Counted from the stretch's first letter, positions 36,093 through 45,945 are shown. The stretch is 64,000 nucleotides of DNA from Minisyncoccota bacterium (GCA_041663025.1 JBAZRE010000002.1:27703-91702), one strand, 5' to 3'. Numbers and translations are program-made. The notes: generated by a model not told the origin, from the letters alone.

Positions 36093-37660
36093 TAATGTAT
36101 CTCTATTGGGAGATCGTCTAACGGTAGGACAGCGCCCTTTGAAGGCGTGAATCGGGGTTCGATTCCCTGTCTCCCAGCCCGAATAAAACTTGGGTCAGAT
36201 TCTGAAAAATTTTCCCGCGCGGCGCAGAGCGCCGCGTATGGTGGAGAAGGGATTTCTCGGACTTCTTTGTTATGCAAGTGCAGGTTCGAGCCGAAGAGTT
36301 TTTGGAGGGGGGATTTTTTGGAGGGGGTATCTTCTGATTTTGCTATTTCGTCCAGCATTGACGCCTCTTTTACCCATTCTCGCATCGGTTCGAGCCAGTG
36401 TCCGGCGTTCGCTTCAAGACGAGCCGTTTGCTCCTCGACCGACTTCTTCTCCAACACAAGAACGCGACGGCGCGCGAGGTAGTCCTCGCGCTCGATGTCT
36501 TGGGCGATATAGAGGTCGGTCAGGCGGTCGAGCTTGCGGGAAATGTCGTGGATTTTGTCCCGCAATTCTTGAACGAACGCCGCGGTCTGGAGAGACGAGG
36601 TATTTTCGTCTTCTGCTATCAACCTTTCAAATTCTGTCTGCCACGCCGAAGGCATCGCGTAGTTTCGGATTAACTCATCCAGTTGAGGTATTAGCGCTTC
36701 TTCTCGAACATACGGCTGGGAGCATGCACCTTTCTTTTTCGTACAGCGATAATAAACATAATGATGAGCGTTGCCGTTTTGCTGGTGCTTCGTCTTTTCT
36801 TCAGCCGTAATACCCATACCGCACTCGCCACAACGCAAAAGCCCACAGAGATCCTTTGGCTCGTTCTGGGCTTTCATCGGATGACCGCGTTCGACAATGA
36901 CTCGTTGCACTTTGTCGAATAGTCGCTTTTCAACGATGGGCGTATGTCGCCCTTCGCGTATTTCGCCGCCGTATGTAAAGAGGCCAACATAGAATGCATT
37001 GGTGAGAATGAACCTCACTCGGTCTTTGTGAAAATGGAGACCGCCAAAACTTCGCACTCCATTTTCATACATAAAATTAGAAATATCTTCAAGCCGCGAA
37101 TTACCTTTTGCATATAACTCGAACGCGGAGCGAATCACTTTTGACTTCTTGCGGTCAATAACAATAGTCTTCGCGCGTACATCATTCAAATAGCCGACAG
37201 GCGCAGTACTTGGGAATTCGCCACGCTTCACTTTGGCGCGCAAACCTCGCTTCACATTGGAACTCAAATCGCGAATAAACTGATTCGCCATGCCGAACTC
37301 TACCGACATCATCAACACATTGTCGCTCGGATAATGACTTCGGTCGTGCGTGCGAATATGCTGGATAATATTTTCTTGCAACAGCCAGCTTATCTGCCCG
37401 CCGTCCACCGGATTACGCGACAAGCGATCGAGCTTCCAACACACGATGCCCTGTGCCTCGCCCTTATGTATCCGCTTCAGCATTTCATTGAACACCGGAC
37501 GGCCGGGCATTTTCGCGCTCCGCTTCTCCACGAACTCCGCGACGACTTCTAACCTCTCGCTTTTGGCGAGCGCTCGTAATTCGGACAACTGCGCCTCAAT
37601 GGACAAAACTTGTTTGTCCTCAACATCGGTAGATTTTCGTGCGTAGAGAAAATAGCGCAT
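36020..37660 (-). CDS. Large serine recombinase (resolvase, recombinase, Zn-ribbon and coiled-coil domains)
   Basis: YARKST catalytic Ser, DRLSRN, CGECG...YYRC. TATAAT-N6-ATG at 37660. The last 51 codons are host sequence antisense to tRNA-Gln and dnaX. Confidence 0.95.
   Translation of the reverse strand: MRYFLYARKSTDVEDKQVLSIEAQLSELRALAKSERLEVVAEFVEKRSAKMPGRPVFNEMLKRIHKGEAQGIVCWKLDRLSRNPVDGGQISWLLQENIIQHIRTHDRSHYPSDNVLMMSVEFGMANQFIRDLSSNVKRGLRAKVKRGEFPSTAPVGYLNDVRAKTIVIDRKKSKVIRSAFELYAKGNSRLEDISNFMYENGVRSFGGLHFHKDRVRFILTNAFYVGLFTYGGEIREGRHTPIVEKRLFDKVQRVIVERGHPMKAQNEPKDLCGLLRCGECGMGITAEEKTKHQQNGNAHHYVYYRCTKKKGACSQPYVREEALIPQLDELIRNYAMPSAWQTEFERLIAEDENTSSLQTAAFVQELRDKIHDISRKLDRLTDLYIAQDIEREDYLARRRVLVLEKKSVEEQTARLEANAGHWLEPMREWVKEASMLDEIAKSEDTPSKKSPLQKLFGSNLHLHNKEVREIPSPPYAALCAARENFSESDPSFIRAGRQGIEPRFTPSKGAVLPLDDLPIEIHYHLVAFSGKSSKIANSSGSTGMGA
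36107..36177 (+). tRNA. trnQ: tRNA-Gln(TTG), island integration target
   Basis: TGGGAGA...GCGCC-CTTTGAA-GGCGT...GGTTCGATTCC...TCTCCCAG. Confidence 0.95.
36176..36258. repeat. attL inner arm, 83-bp inverted repeat of 39307-39389
   Basis: Direct comparison shows an exact reverse complement. Confidence 0.92.
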
Positions 37661-37674
37661 AGGAGTATTATACA

Positions 37675-39159
37675 ATGACCATGAACATAGGACGGAACGA
37701 AAAATGCCCATGTGGAAGTGGTTTGAAATATAAAAAATGCCATATGGGAAAAGAACAAGATATGGGTAAAAATACCAAAAGATATCGTCATTTTTCGGGC
37801 GTTGTTTTCGATGGCTCTGGAGCCAATCTTTCGCTCTACGAAAAAAATATGACTTTGGTCGAAGCGATCATCGATATCTTTGGATTTACGGAAGGGCGAG
37901 ATTTAAGTGATATCAAGAGAACAGTCTCTCGCGAGCATGTAGCGGAATTGCATAAATTGGTGGCATGGCTTTGGCCACCTGATACGGACGTGACGAAATT
38001 TCTACCAGCCCCATCCAATAATTTGAGAGCACTCTATATGGGAAATATGCGGCCTCAAACAATTTTGAGAAGTGTCGGGAGATATTCGTTGTACTGCGAC
38101 GAAATACTGGTAATGGATCCTTTCATGAATCCATGGTTCATAGCACCTGACTACAATCCCATAATGCACCCAGAGGAGTACGTCTCTAATACATGGAAAT
38201 GGGTGTTATTTATTATCCAACTTGCACCATGGATATACGATAAACAGGTATTGTTGCTTCCAAACCCTCTCGACTTCGACTCGTCGTTGCGGAAAGAAAT
38301 GTGGGCTAGTGCGGAGAAACGATTAAATCCACAAAAGAACGATTTGCTGAAATTCCTCGAACAAGACGATTCCATGGGAGAAACTGCAAAAGAGGAATTT
38401 AAACGAACATGGATGTCTATTCCTGAATATGCACAACGAAAGAAAATAAAAGAGTTTGACAATAAAATGACGGAAGAAGAGGTCGATGGAATGATTAAGT
38501 ATATAGACAAAATGAAGGAAGAAGATCCTTACTTCGTGACAAATCCAAACGAAAAAGGAGGATTTGGTATCAGCACCCATACAATGGGCGGGAACTTGGA
38601 GCAGGGTTTATATATTTCTCAGCTAACCGGAGCTCATTTATACACAGATTTTGAATTTAGGTGGAGAGAGATTTTATCAGCTCAAACAGATACATCAGAA
38701 AAAAGCCCATGGAGTCCCATTGCGTATGGCTTCCAAAATCTCGATTTCAAATTTTTGGACGGCACAGATTTGAAATTCGTCCATAAAATAAAAGCAGACG
38801 GAAGATTGTCTAATTTGCGGAATTTCCTCCGAAAGACATGGAAAGAAGTATCAGCAGACGAGACACCAAATTATGAGAAGGCAAACAAACTTGCTTTGGA
38901 ATTTGCAGACGAACTGAAGGAACAGTATTCAAAAGCAGAGTCTGAATGGGAAGGTATAGACACAGATTTAACAAAATGGCTCTTGAGTAGAAGTGGGCTC
39001 GGGACCCTCGTTGCTACTGGAGGTGTAAATTGGACGATCCCCGCACTCGGCTTTGCAATGGAAGGCGTAAATCAGCTACTTACAGCACGGCATGAACGAA
39101 AGAATTTCAGGAAAAATGTACCACTTTCGGTCTTTGTTGATTTAAAAAAGAGAAAGTAA
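37675..39159 (+). CDS. SEC-C motif-containing hypothetical protein
   Basis: GRNEKCPCGSGLKYKKCH at the N-terminus. Low GC. Confidence 0.85.
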   Translation: MTMNIGRNEKCPCGSGLKYKKCHMGKEQDMGKNTKRYRHFSGVVFDGSGANLSLYEKNMTLVEAIIDIFGFTEGRDLSDIKRTVSREHVAELHKLVAWLWPPDTDVTKFLPAPSNNLRALYMGNMRPQTILRSVGRYSLYCDEILVMDPFMNPWFIAPDYNPIMHPEEYVSNTWKWVLFIIQLAPWIYDKQVLLLPNPLDFDSSLRKEMWASAEKRLNPQKNDLLKFLEQDDSMGETAKEEFKRTWMSIPEYAQRKKIKEFDNKMTEEEVDGMIKYIDKMKEEDPYFVTNPNEKGGFGISTHTMGGNLEQGLYISQLTGAHLYTDFEFRWREILSAQTDTSEKSPWSPIAYGFQNLDFKFLDGTDLKFVHKIKADGRLSNLRNFLRKTWKEVSADETPNYEKANKLALEFADELKEQYSKAESEWEGIDTDLTKWLLSRSGLGTLVATGGVNWTIPALGFAMEGVNQLLTARHERKNFRKNVPLSVFVDLKKRK

Positions 39160-39252
39160 AGGGAGCTTTGCTGATTAGAACTTTTCAGCGAAGGGGCTGG
39201 TGCGCGCACGGGTGGGAGGGGCAAGCACACTACGGGCGAGTTTGTGTTGTAT

Positions 39253-39434
39253 TACCCCCTCCAAAAACTCTTCGGCTTCTGAATTTTGAACCTGCATTGC
39301 AAGTCAGAGAAATCCCTTCTCCACCATACGCGGCGCTCTGCGCCGCGCGGGAAAATTTTTCAGAATCTGACCCAAGTTTTATTCGGGCTACATTATACGA
39401 CCAAGTCCGAACTTTTTTCCAGCGCGCCCAATGA
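39253..39434 (+). pseudogene. Relic 3' end of the recombinase spanning an intact attP-like junction (core 39387-39389)
   Basis: Encodes VREIPSPPYAALCAARENFSESDPSFIRA-TLYDQVRTFFQRAQ*. Upstream part 39253-39300 is diverged with indels. Confidence 0.85.
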
Positions 39435-39611
39435 TTACTCGCCCGCTCGCAGACTCGCGGGCTCGCCGCCGCGGACGGCGGCCCCTCGCTCCTGCCGCTC
39501 TCTATGCTTTGTTTTTTGGCGGGGGATGTCTTTGGAAAAGGAATGGAGCGGCAGGGCGAGGGTCGATTTTGGGTAAATAGCCCTATTGCCCCTTATGTTA
39601 TTATTTCTTAT

Positions 39612-40451
39612 ATGCCCACGACGAACATAATTCGCGCTCTAGTAAACCTCGCGACAGCGAGAAATTTTGATCTCCCGGATGGTCCACAAGGGGCAAACCG
39701 AATTACAACCGTGGGTGCTCCGTTGGAATGCTTCATCAGAGATGCTTTTTGTAATTCCGCGCAAATTACGGATTTGCGCGAAAAAGAAACCGCCCATCGG
39801 GAGCATTTGTCATATCTCGGAAATTCAAAAAATCCGCCGGATTTTGTCATAAGAGCGGGCGATGCCGTAGAAGTTAAGAAAATCGAAAATCCGCTGTCAG
39901 GAATCGCGCTCAATAGTTCTTATCCTAAAGACCATATATACGTCGACGACCCGATGCTCTCCGCGGGATGCCGAGACTGTGAAGAAGGATGGCAACAGAA
40001 GGATTTAATTTATGCCATTGGAGTGGTTTCTGAAAATACAATCCAGTCCCTGCTATTCGTTTATGGAGATTGTTATGCAGCTAATCGCGAAGTATACGAA
40101 AGAATAAAGCAAAGAATTATCGCTGGGGTTGCACAATCGGAAGAAGTTGAATTCTCGGACACGAACGAACTTGCAAGGGTCAATCAAGTTGACCCGTTAG
40201 GCATTACTTATTTGCGAGTGCGAGGAATGTGGGGAATAGAAAATCCGCGCCGCGTTTTTGCTGACCTTAATTTCAATTCAAGAGAAGGTAGACCACTTGT
40301 TGCAACAATAATGCTCAGGTCAAAGTTTGAAAGTTTTCCTACCGAGGATAGGAATGCTCTAGCACAAGCTGCGGATAGGATTGAAGACATACAGATACGA
40401 AACCCTAACAACCCGGCACAGATGCTTGATGCAAAACTCATCGTCTTATGA
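39612..40451 (+). CDS. NgoPII-family type II restriction endonuclease (GGCC expected)
   Basis: YLGN..NPPDF, AVEVKK, ALNSSYPK, VDPLGITYLRVRGMWGIENP. Confidence 0.88.
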   Translation: MPTTNIIRALVNLATARNFDLPDGPQGANRITTVGAPLECFIRDAFCNSAQITDLREKETAHREHLSYLGNSKNPPDFVIRAGDAVEVKKIENPLSGIALNSSYPKDHIYVDDPMLSAGCRDCEEGWQQKDLIYAIGVVSENTIQSLLFVYGDCYAANREVYERIKQRIIAGVAQSEEVEFSDTNELARVNQVDPLGITYLRVRGMWGIENPRRVFADLNFNSREGRPLVATIMLRSKFESFPTEDRNALAQAADRIEDIQIRNPNNPAQMLDAKLIVL

Positions 40452-41497
40452 AAATCATTTCTCTTTTTACTGGTGCTGGCGGACTTGATCTTGGGTTCAA
40501 GAAAGCTGGTTTTGACATTGTATGGGCAAATGAATACGACCCGGTAATTTGGGATACTTTTGAATCAAATTTCCCAGAGACGATACTAGATCGGAGAAGC
40601 ATAACTGACATACCTGCATCTGATGTTCCTGACGCATTTGGAATGATAGGCGGACCCCCGTGTCAGAGTTGGAGCGAAGCTGGAGCTGGTCGTGGAATTA
40701 ATGACAAGCGAGGTCAATTATTCTTTGAATACATCCGCCTCATTAAAGAAAAGCAACCGCTATTTTTTCTAGCCGAAAATGTTTCAGGCATTCTTTTTCC
40801 GCAACATGAAAAAGCATTTAGTACGATACTCAAGCAATTTAGCGATGTTGGCTACAATGTTAAATATCAACTATTGAATGCCAATGACTACGAGGTTCCT
40901 CAAGACCGCTTGCGCGTTATCGTAATCGGATATAGAAAAGACCTCGGTATTAGTTTTGAATTTCCAGAACCGCAACCCAAACGCCTTACTTTGCGCGATG
41001 CAATTTTTGATCTCCGCAACGCAAAACAAGCAAAAGAATTCAACAAGACAAACGGCGATGCACTTGAAATTCCAAATCACGAATATATGAATGGCGGTTT
41101 TTCAACGATTTATATGTCACGCAACCGAGTTCGTTCATGGGACGAACCGTCTTTCACTATTCAAGCCGGCGGTCGTCATGCTCCAATCCATCCGCAAGCG
41201 CCAAAAATGAAGTTCGTCTCGCAAAATGTGAGAATATTCGTTCCGGGTAAAGAAAAACTCTATCGCCGTTTATCAGTTCGCGAATGTGCACGGATACAAA
41301 CATTTCCTGACAACTTCATTTTCAAGTATAGAGATGTCGCAGACGGCTACAAGATGATAGGCAATGCAGTACCGGTCGAATTTGCTCATCACATTGGCAA
41401 AAAGATATATGCGGACCTTATTGCTGTAGGCAAGGTTCCTAGTCCTTACGACAAATTGTTCAAGGACAAGAAAACTCAAAATGTTCATCTACAATGA
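40448..41497 (+). CDS. C5-cytosine DNA methyltransferase, M.HaeIII-like
   Basis: FTGAGG, GGPPCQSWS, ENV, and the TRD 'STIYMSRNRVR...HPQAP' as in M.HaeIII. Confidence 0.93.
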   Translation: MKIISLFTGAGGLDLGFKKAGFDIVWANEYDPVIWDTFESNFPETILDRRSITDIPASDVPDAFGMIGGPPCQSWSEAGAGRGINDKRGQLFFEYIRLIKEKQPLFFLAENVSGILFPQHEKAFSTILKQFSDVGYNVKYQLLNANDYEVPQDRLRVIVIGYRKDLGISFEFPEPQPKRLTLRDAIFDLRNAKQAKEFNKTNGDALEIPNHEYMNGGFSTIYMSRNRVRSWDEPSFTIQAGGRHAPIHPQAPKMKFVSQNVRIFVPGKEKLYRRLSVRECARIQTFPDNFIFKYRDVADGYKMIGNAVPVEFAHHIGKKIYADLIAVGKVPSPYDKLFKDKKTQNVHLQ

Positions 41498-41527
41498 GAG
41501 AAAAACTAGTCTAATTAACTAGACCAT

Positions 41528-43162
41528 ATGTATATATCACACGCGAAAATTTCTAATTTCAGGGCTCTACAAGAGGTAGATGTTCCTCTTAATAAATGCT
41601 CGATTCTACTCGGAGAAAATGATGTGGGGAAAACATCTTTTCTCTTGGCACTTGACCGATTTTTTGCAAACAAGAAGATTTCAGACGAGGAAGATTTCTT
41701 TAATCGGGATACTTCGGCGGATATAACTTTAACGCTTACTTTCTCTGATTTACCTACAGACCCAACACTAGATTCAATTCAAAAAGCAGACGGGACGATT
41801 ACAGTTCGAAAAACCTTTTCATTTAATGAGACACCCGATACCAAAGCAATTATGGACGATTCTTCCACAAAGGCTGTGGACAAGTCGATTCTAAACGACT
41901 TACTATCAAGCGACGCGTTCCACTTCATTCCCGTGCGCAGAGATCTCAGTGTTCAATTTTCGATGACAAAAACTTCACTTCTAGGGAAAACTTTACGGGT
42001 ACGAATGCACGAAGCAATTAAAAATAATGACGCCGACCAATCTTTAGGGAAAGTTGAACAATTGCTTGTCGAAGCGATTAAGGGACCGCAGGAAGAATTA
42101 CAGGCTTTTTTAAGAGAGCAAATGCACAACGAAGACATGCGTCTCGTTTTCGACGCGCTAAATGTTGACCCAATAGAGGGGGTTTCGTTTAAAGTGAAAC
42201 TGGGCGATGACAAGATTGAAGATATTCTTGTGGAAAATCGCGGTGCCGGAACACAAAACAACCTAATAATCGCCTTATTCAGGCTCGTTGCTGGTCTTCA
42301 TGTTGAAGGAAAACTAATCTTTGCTATGGAAGAGCCAGAGAACAGTCTTCATCCTAAAGCACAAAGGCAACTATTTTCAGTACTCCAAGAAGTCAGCGAA
42401 AAATCTCAAGTCATTATTACTACTCACTCGCCAGTCTTTCTAGAAAGGAGCAGTTTTGAAAATAACATTATCCTTACCCGAACGGCAAAAGGAAATACTG
42501 TGGCTAAAGTATTTGACCATACACAACTAGAGGAGCTTAGAACAGATTTGGGTATCCGTCCTTCTGATGCTCTCCTTAAGGGTGGAGGTAATTGCGCAAT
42601 TCTTGTAGAAGGCAATACTGAGGAGGAGGCATATCCAATCTTTATGGAAATGCTTGGTCTAAGCGAATTCAAGCTGGGAATTGCGATAGTTAATATGCGC
42701 GGTAGCGATACTTCATTGGTTAGTAACACTGCTCGATTGCTAGGAGCATATGATATCCCGTGTGTGGTAGTACTAGATCAAGATGCCAAAGCAACTGCTG
42801 ATGATATCGTACGCGAAAGTAATGCTGGTCTTAAAAATGTTAAGAAAGTCTTTTGCTTAACCCAAGGAACAATGGAGGACTACTATCCTTTAGATATAGT
42901 GGCTGAAGTTATCAATCAAAGTTTTAATCCGACTCAGGCAGTAGTAGTTGCTGATTTTGATGATTCAAAACACGGTGCGGATAGGCTTAGTGACTTTAAG
43001 AAAGTTATGTACGAGAAAGGATTGGGTAAATCGCTAGGATACCTCAAAAGATTAATAGGTTCGAACGGTACTAAAATTATGAAAGAGAAAGGATTACCCG
43101 TGCCCGAAGAACTGGCGGGAGTGTTTGCAGAGGTAGTCAAGATTGTAAATGAAGGAGTTTAG
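41528..43162 (+). CDS. OLD-family ATP-dependent nuclease (ABC ATPase + TOPRIM)
   Basis: NFR, GENDVGKT, EEPENSLHP, TTHS, VEG.TE, DQD. Confidence 0.9.
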   Translation: MYISHAKISNFRALQEVDVPLNKCSILLGENDVGKTSFLLALDRFFANKKISDEEDFFNRDTSADITLTLTFSDLPTDPTLDSIQKADGTITVRKTFSFNETPDTKAIMDDSSTKAVDKSILNDLLSSDAFHFIPVRRDLSVQFSMTKTSLLGKTLRVRMHEAIKNNDADQSLGKVEQLLVEAIKGPQEELQAFLREQMHNEDMRLVFDALNVDPIEGVSFKVKLGDDKIEDILVENRGAGTQNNLIIALFRLVAGLHVEGKLIFAMEEPENSLHPKAQRQLFSVLQEVSEKSQVIITTHSPVFLERSSFENNIILTRTAKGNTVAKVFDHTQLEELRTDLGIRPSDALLKGGGNCAILVEGNTEEEAYPIFMEMLGLSEFKLGIAIVNMRGSDTSLVSNTARLLGAYDIPCVVVLDQDAKATADDIVRESNAGLKNVKKVFCLTQGTMEDYYPLDIVAEVINQSFNPTQAVVVADFDDSKHGADRLSDFKKVMYEKGLGKSLGYLKRLIGSNGTKIMKEKGLPVPEELAGVFAEVVKIVNEGV

Positions 43163-43180
43163 TAAAGTGGTCAGCCCGAT

Positions 43181-43474
43181 ATGAACTACCCTATCTTCAT
43201 CATCGTCGCTCTAGCTGGAATCGCTCTCGGGATGTATCTCGCACGGCGAGGTAAGAGCGATTTAATTTCTGAACAAGAGAAACGGAAAACCGAGAATAAG
43301 AAAAAGATTCTTGAATTTGTGCAGGCAAACGGAAAAATACAGAACAACGATGTGGAAAAACTAGCCAGAGTATCCAACGCAACCGCCGAGCGGTATTTGG
43401 ACGAGCTAGAAAAGGAGGGGAAACTGGTACAGCACGGCGACATTGGTCAAGGCGTTTTCTATAGCGCAAAATAA
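43181..43474 (+). CDS. TM-anchored winged-HTH (DeoR-like) small protein
   Basis: N-terminal TM and NNDVEKL..VSNATAERYL.ELEKEGK. Confidence 0.8.
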   Translation: MNYPIFIIVALAGIALGMYLARRGKSDLISEQEKRKTENKKKILEFVQANGKIQNNDVEKLARVSNATAERYLDELEKEGKLVQHGDIGQGVFYSAK

Positions 43475-43547
43475 GCACATTTTTGACGAATAACTCAACG
43501 GGTTGAGTTATTCGTACAGCCAGTCATCAACCTGCTATGCTAGGGTA

Positions 43548-43838
43548 ATGTATCCGAAACTGACATCAGAGGAATTTCAGGCCCTTCTACTGTATAAGAG
43601 GGATTTCTTAGATTTATACGACATCAAAACGATTCCCCTTTATAGGCAAGTAGCTACCGGCTTACATCACCTCGCTGTATCCAAATCGATTGGAGGATAT
43701 GTGAATTGGAGAACGCACGAATGGAACGAAGTGAAAAAGAATATACAAGAAGCGACAATTCACTATTTGAAGGCGTGTTTGTATGACCCGAAATATCTCT
43801 CCTTCTCGGCAACTCGCGAAGCTTTCGGGTTGAGTTAA
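43548..43838 (+). CDS. Hypothetical protein
   Basis: ORF from ATG 43548 (MYPKLT). Confidence 0.55.
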   Translation: MYPKLTSEEFQALLLYKRDFLDLYDIKTIPLYRQVATGLHHLAVSKSIGGYVNWRTHEWNEVKKNIQEATIHYLKACLYDPKYLSFSATREAFGLS

Positions 43839-43841
43839 TCG

Positions 43842-44780
43842 CTAGGGCCAGCAAACATCAGGCGTTTCGCCTATGTCTGATTCAAGCTTCTGCCAGACCT
43901 CTGCCTTCGTGCCGAGTTGATCAATAAGCCCATTACGGAGCGCCATCGCGCCGAGCATCGTGGAGCCGTCTGCGAGCGCGGTCACTTTCGCGACCGAAAG
44001 ATTGCGATTCGTCGCCACGGCATTGATGAAATTCTGGTGGAGAATGTCGAGATCGCGCTGTATCAGTGAACGCTCGGTCGCGGTCAGTGGCTTGTCGGAG
44101 CTTCCCATATCTTTATACAGACCCGCTGTAAGTTGGTTGTAGGTCAGACCGTCTTTCAAGTTCTGTTTTGCATTATCAACATACGAGGTCGTAACCCCGA
44201 TGCCACCGACATCTGAATTTTCTGAAGCGATAATGGTGTCGGCCGCACTCGCGATCCAGTATGCGGCTGAATCGGCGCTCTCGCGCACCCATGCGATGGA
44301 GGGCTTACCGAAATTCTTCACCGCGCTGGCTATCTCGTCGGCGGCAACTGGAGAACCGCCGCCTGAATCGATTTCAAGAACGAGTGCTTTAATCTGCGAA
44401 TTGCTCGACGCCTCTTCAATCGCCCAAATGACATCTTCAGATGAAGTGATAGTGTCGCAGTAGTTCAGGCCATCGCTGGGCGGATTATTTTCAGCATCGG
44501 GTTTATACGTGGCGATGCAGTCCCGTATCTCGATACCAATCGCGTTACAATTTTCATCAATGCCTCCGGTGTCTGAAGATTCCGAATCATACGTACTGTC
44601 ATCTGAACCTGTGGGGATAGCGTAGATAATTAAAAATCCCGCGACTGTTGCAACAGTCATGAGTAAGAATATTGAAACAAGAAGACCGACACTCGTAAAT
44701 CGTGATTCAAGCCATGTGAATGGCCACACGAGACCAGAAAAGAATTCCTTTATCTTGGCATAGGCATTCTTGTCAATCAT
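43842..44780 (-). CDS. sppA: S49 family signal peptide peptidase SppA-like
   Basis: IDSGGG, SAAYWIAS, YKD, GLID.LG. N-terminal TM. Confidence 0.9.
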   Translation of the reverse strand: MIDKNAYAKIKEFFSGLVWPFTWLESRFTSVGLLVSIFLLMTVATVAGFLIIYAIPTGSDDSTYDSESSDTGGIDENCNAIGIEIRDCIATYKPDAENNPPSDGLNYCDTITSSEDVIWAIEEASSNSQIKALVLEIDSGGGSPVAADEIASAVKNFGKPSIAWVRESADSAAYWIASAADTIIASENSDVGGIGVTTSYVDNAKQNLKDGLTYNQLTAGLYKDMGSSDKPLTATERSLIQRDLDILHQNFINAVATNRNLSVAKVTALADGSTMLGAMALRNGLIDQLGTKAEVWQKLESDIGETPDVCWP

Positions 44781-44821
44781 TGTTTCGAGTATAGCACTCG
44801 CGTTTAGGTTAGAATAAAAGC

Positions 44822-45331
44822 ATGCCTGAAGAAACTACACCTCAAGTCCCTGAACCTGCGACAGAGCCGACCGTGCCTCCACAGGAGACGCCGCCTGCTC
44901 AAGCGCCTGAAGCCGTCCCAAGCGAGCTGACAGTCGAAGTTTCTCCACCCGTAGAGGTCCAAACGGATCAGCCCCCAACCCAAACGGGTCAAATACCACC
45001 AAATGACCCGTTGCCTCCGGAAAGTGAACCGATTGAACCCGCCCCCGAGCCGCCGTCTGCGGCGGCTCCAGCACAAACCGGCATCCTGCACTCCGCTCGC
45101 GATCTCCTGAACAAAGCCCGCATCTCAATTCAAGACCGCAAGCGCAAGAAGCGAGATAAAATCATGGAAGCACTGACGAAGAAAACCAAAATCACCAACG
45201 ACGAAGTTGAAAAACTCCTGCATGTTTCGGATTCAACAGCGGAGCGGTATCTCTCGGTGCTTGTGAAAGAAGGAAAAATTAAACAAGACAGAAGAACCGG
45301 GGCGGGCGTAAGTTATTCAAGAGCGCCCTAA
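44822..45331 (+). CDS. Pro/Glu-rich N-terminus + winged-HTH protein
   Basis: C-terminus paralogous to 43181-43474. TAGAAT-N6-ATG. Confidence 0.8.
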   Translation: MPEETTPQVPEPATEPTVPPQETPPAQAPEAVPSELTVEVSPPVEVQTDQPPTQTGQIPPNDPLPPESEPIEPAPEPPSAAAPAQTGILHSARDLLNKARISIQDRKRKKRDKIMEALTKKTKITNDEVEKLLHVSDSTAERYLSVLVKEGKIKQDRRTGAGVSYSRAP

Positions 45332-45338
45332 AATTTTT

Positions 45339-45410
45339 GCCCTCGTAAGCTAACGGATAAACTGCCTCGATTCTAGCGAGGACTTGGGAGTTCGAATCTT
45401 CCCGAGGGCG
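45339..45410 (+). tRNA. trnR: tRNA-Arg(TCT), atypical, island-borne
   Basis: GCCCTCG/CGAGGGC acceptor stem, CCTCG-ATTCTAG-CGAGG arm, TTCGAAT loop, A20. Confidence 0.75.
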
Positions 45411-45495
45411 CAGATATTTCTTGAAGGGAGTCTTCGCATGCGCGCACGGGTGGGAGAAGTCCGCGCGTAATCGCGCGGACTTGGGGCAAGCATTT

Positions 45496-45945
45496 GCATT
45501 TGCCTCGGGGCTGTTTCCGCTATGAGCGTCCATGGCGAAGGACGAGCGCCGACCCTCATCGAAGCATCAGGGTTTCGAAGCGGAAGCGACAAGATAAACA
45601 CAAAAATGAAAACGAGGAGAGGGGTTGTGCGATGGGCGGAATCCGAAGGAACGAGGATGAGCCCGAGCTGGGGAGAGGATTCCTTCCTCTCCCCAAACAA
45701 GAGCCGCCCCGAGCTCCGCTCAGCAGAGCGGAGTGCGAGGATAAGGCGGCACAAACGAATCTAGGCGCTCGTAGCCATAGCGGAAACAGCCCCGAGGCGG
45801 ATGCCGAGGGGTGGATTGCCTTTGCCAATGGACGACAACTACAGAGCGGAGAAAACAGCTCGAGACCACAGGAAATTTGCATTTGGGCTGAACGGCTCAT
45901 TTCTTCCCATGTGAGCCGTTAGGCGGGAAGAAGTGAGCCGTTCCC
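45496..45945. other. Highly structured GC-rich non-coding region
   Basis: 45496-45524 pairs with ~45776-45804 and 45542-50 pairs with 45764-72, with nested hairpins. Confidence 0.6.

Noticed and set aside
41528-43162. Gabija or retron system
   Set aside because: There is no adjacent UvrD (GajB) or reverse transcriptase gene.
45339-45410. Amber-suppressor (CTA) or pyrrolysine tRNA reading
   Set aside because: The 5-bp stem CCTCG/CGAGG centres the 7-nt loop on TCT, and A20 fits Arg. No pyl genes are present.
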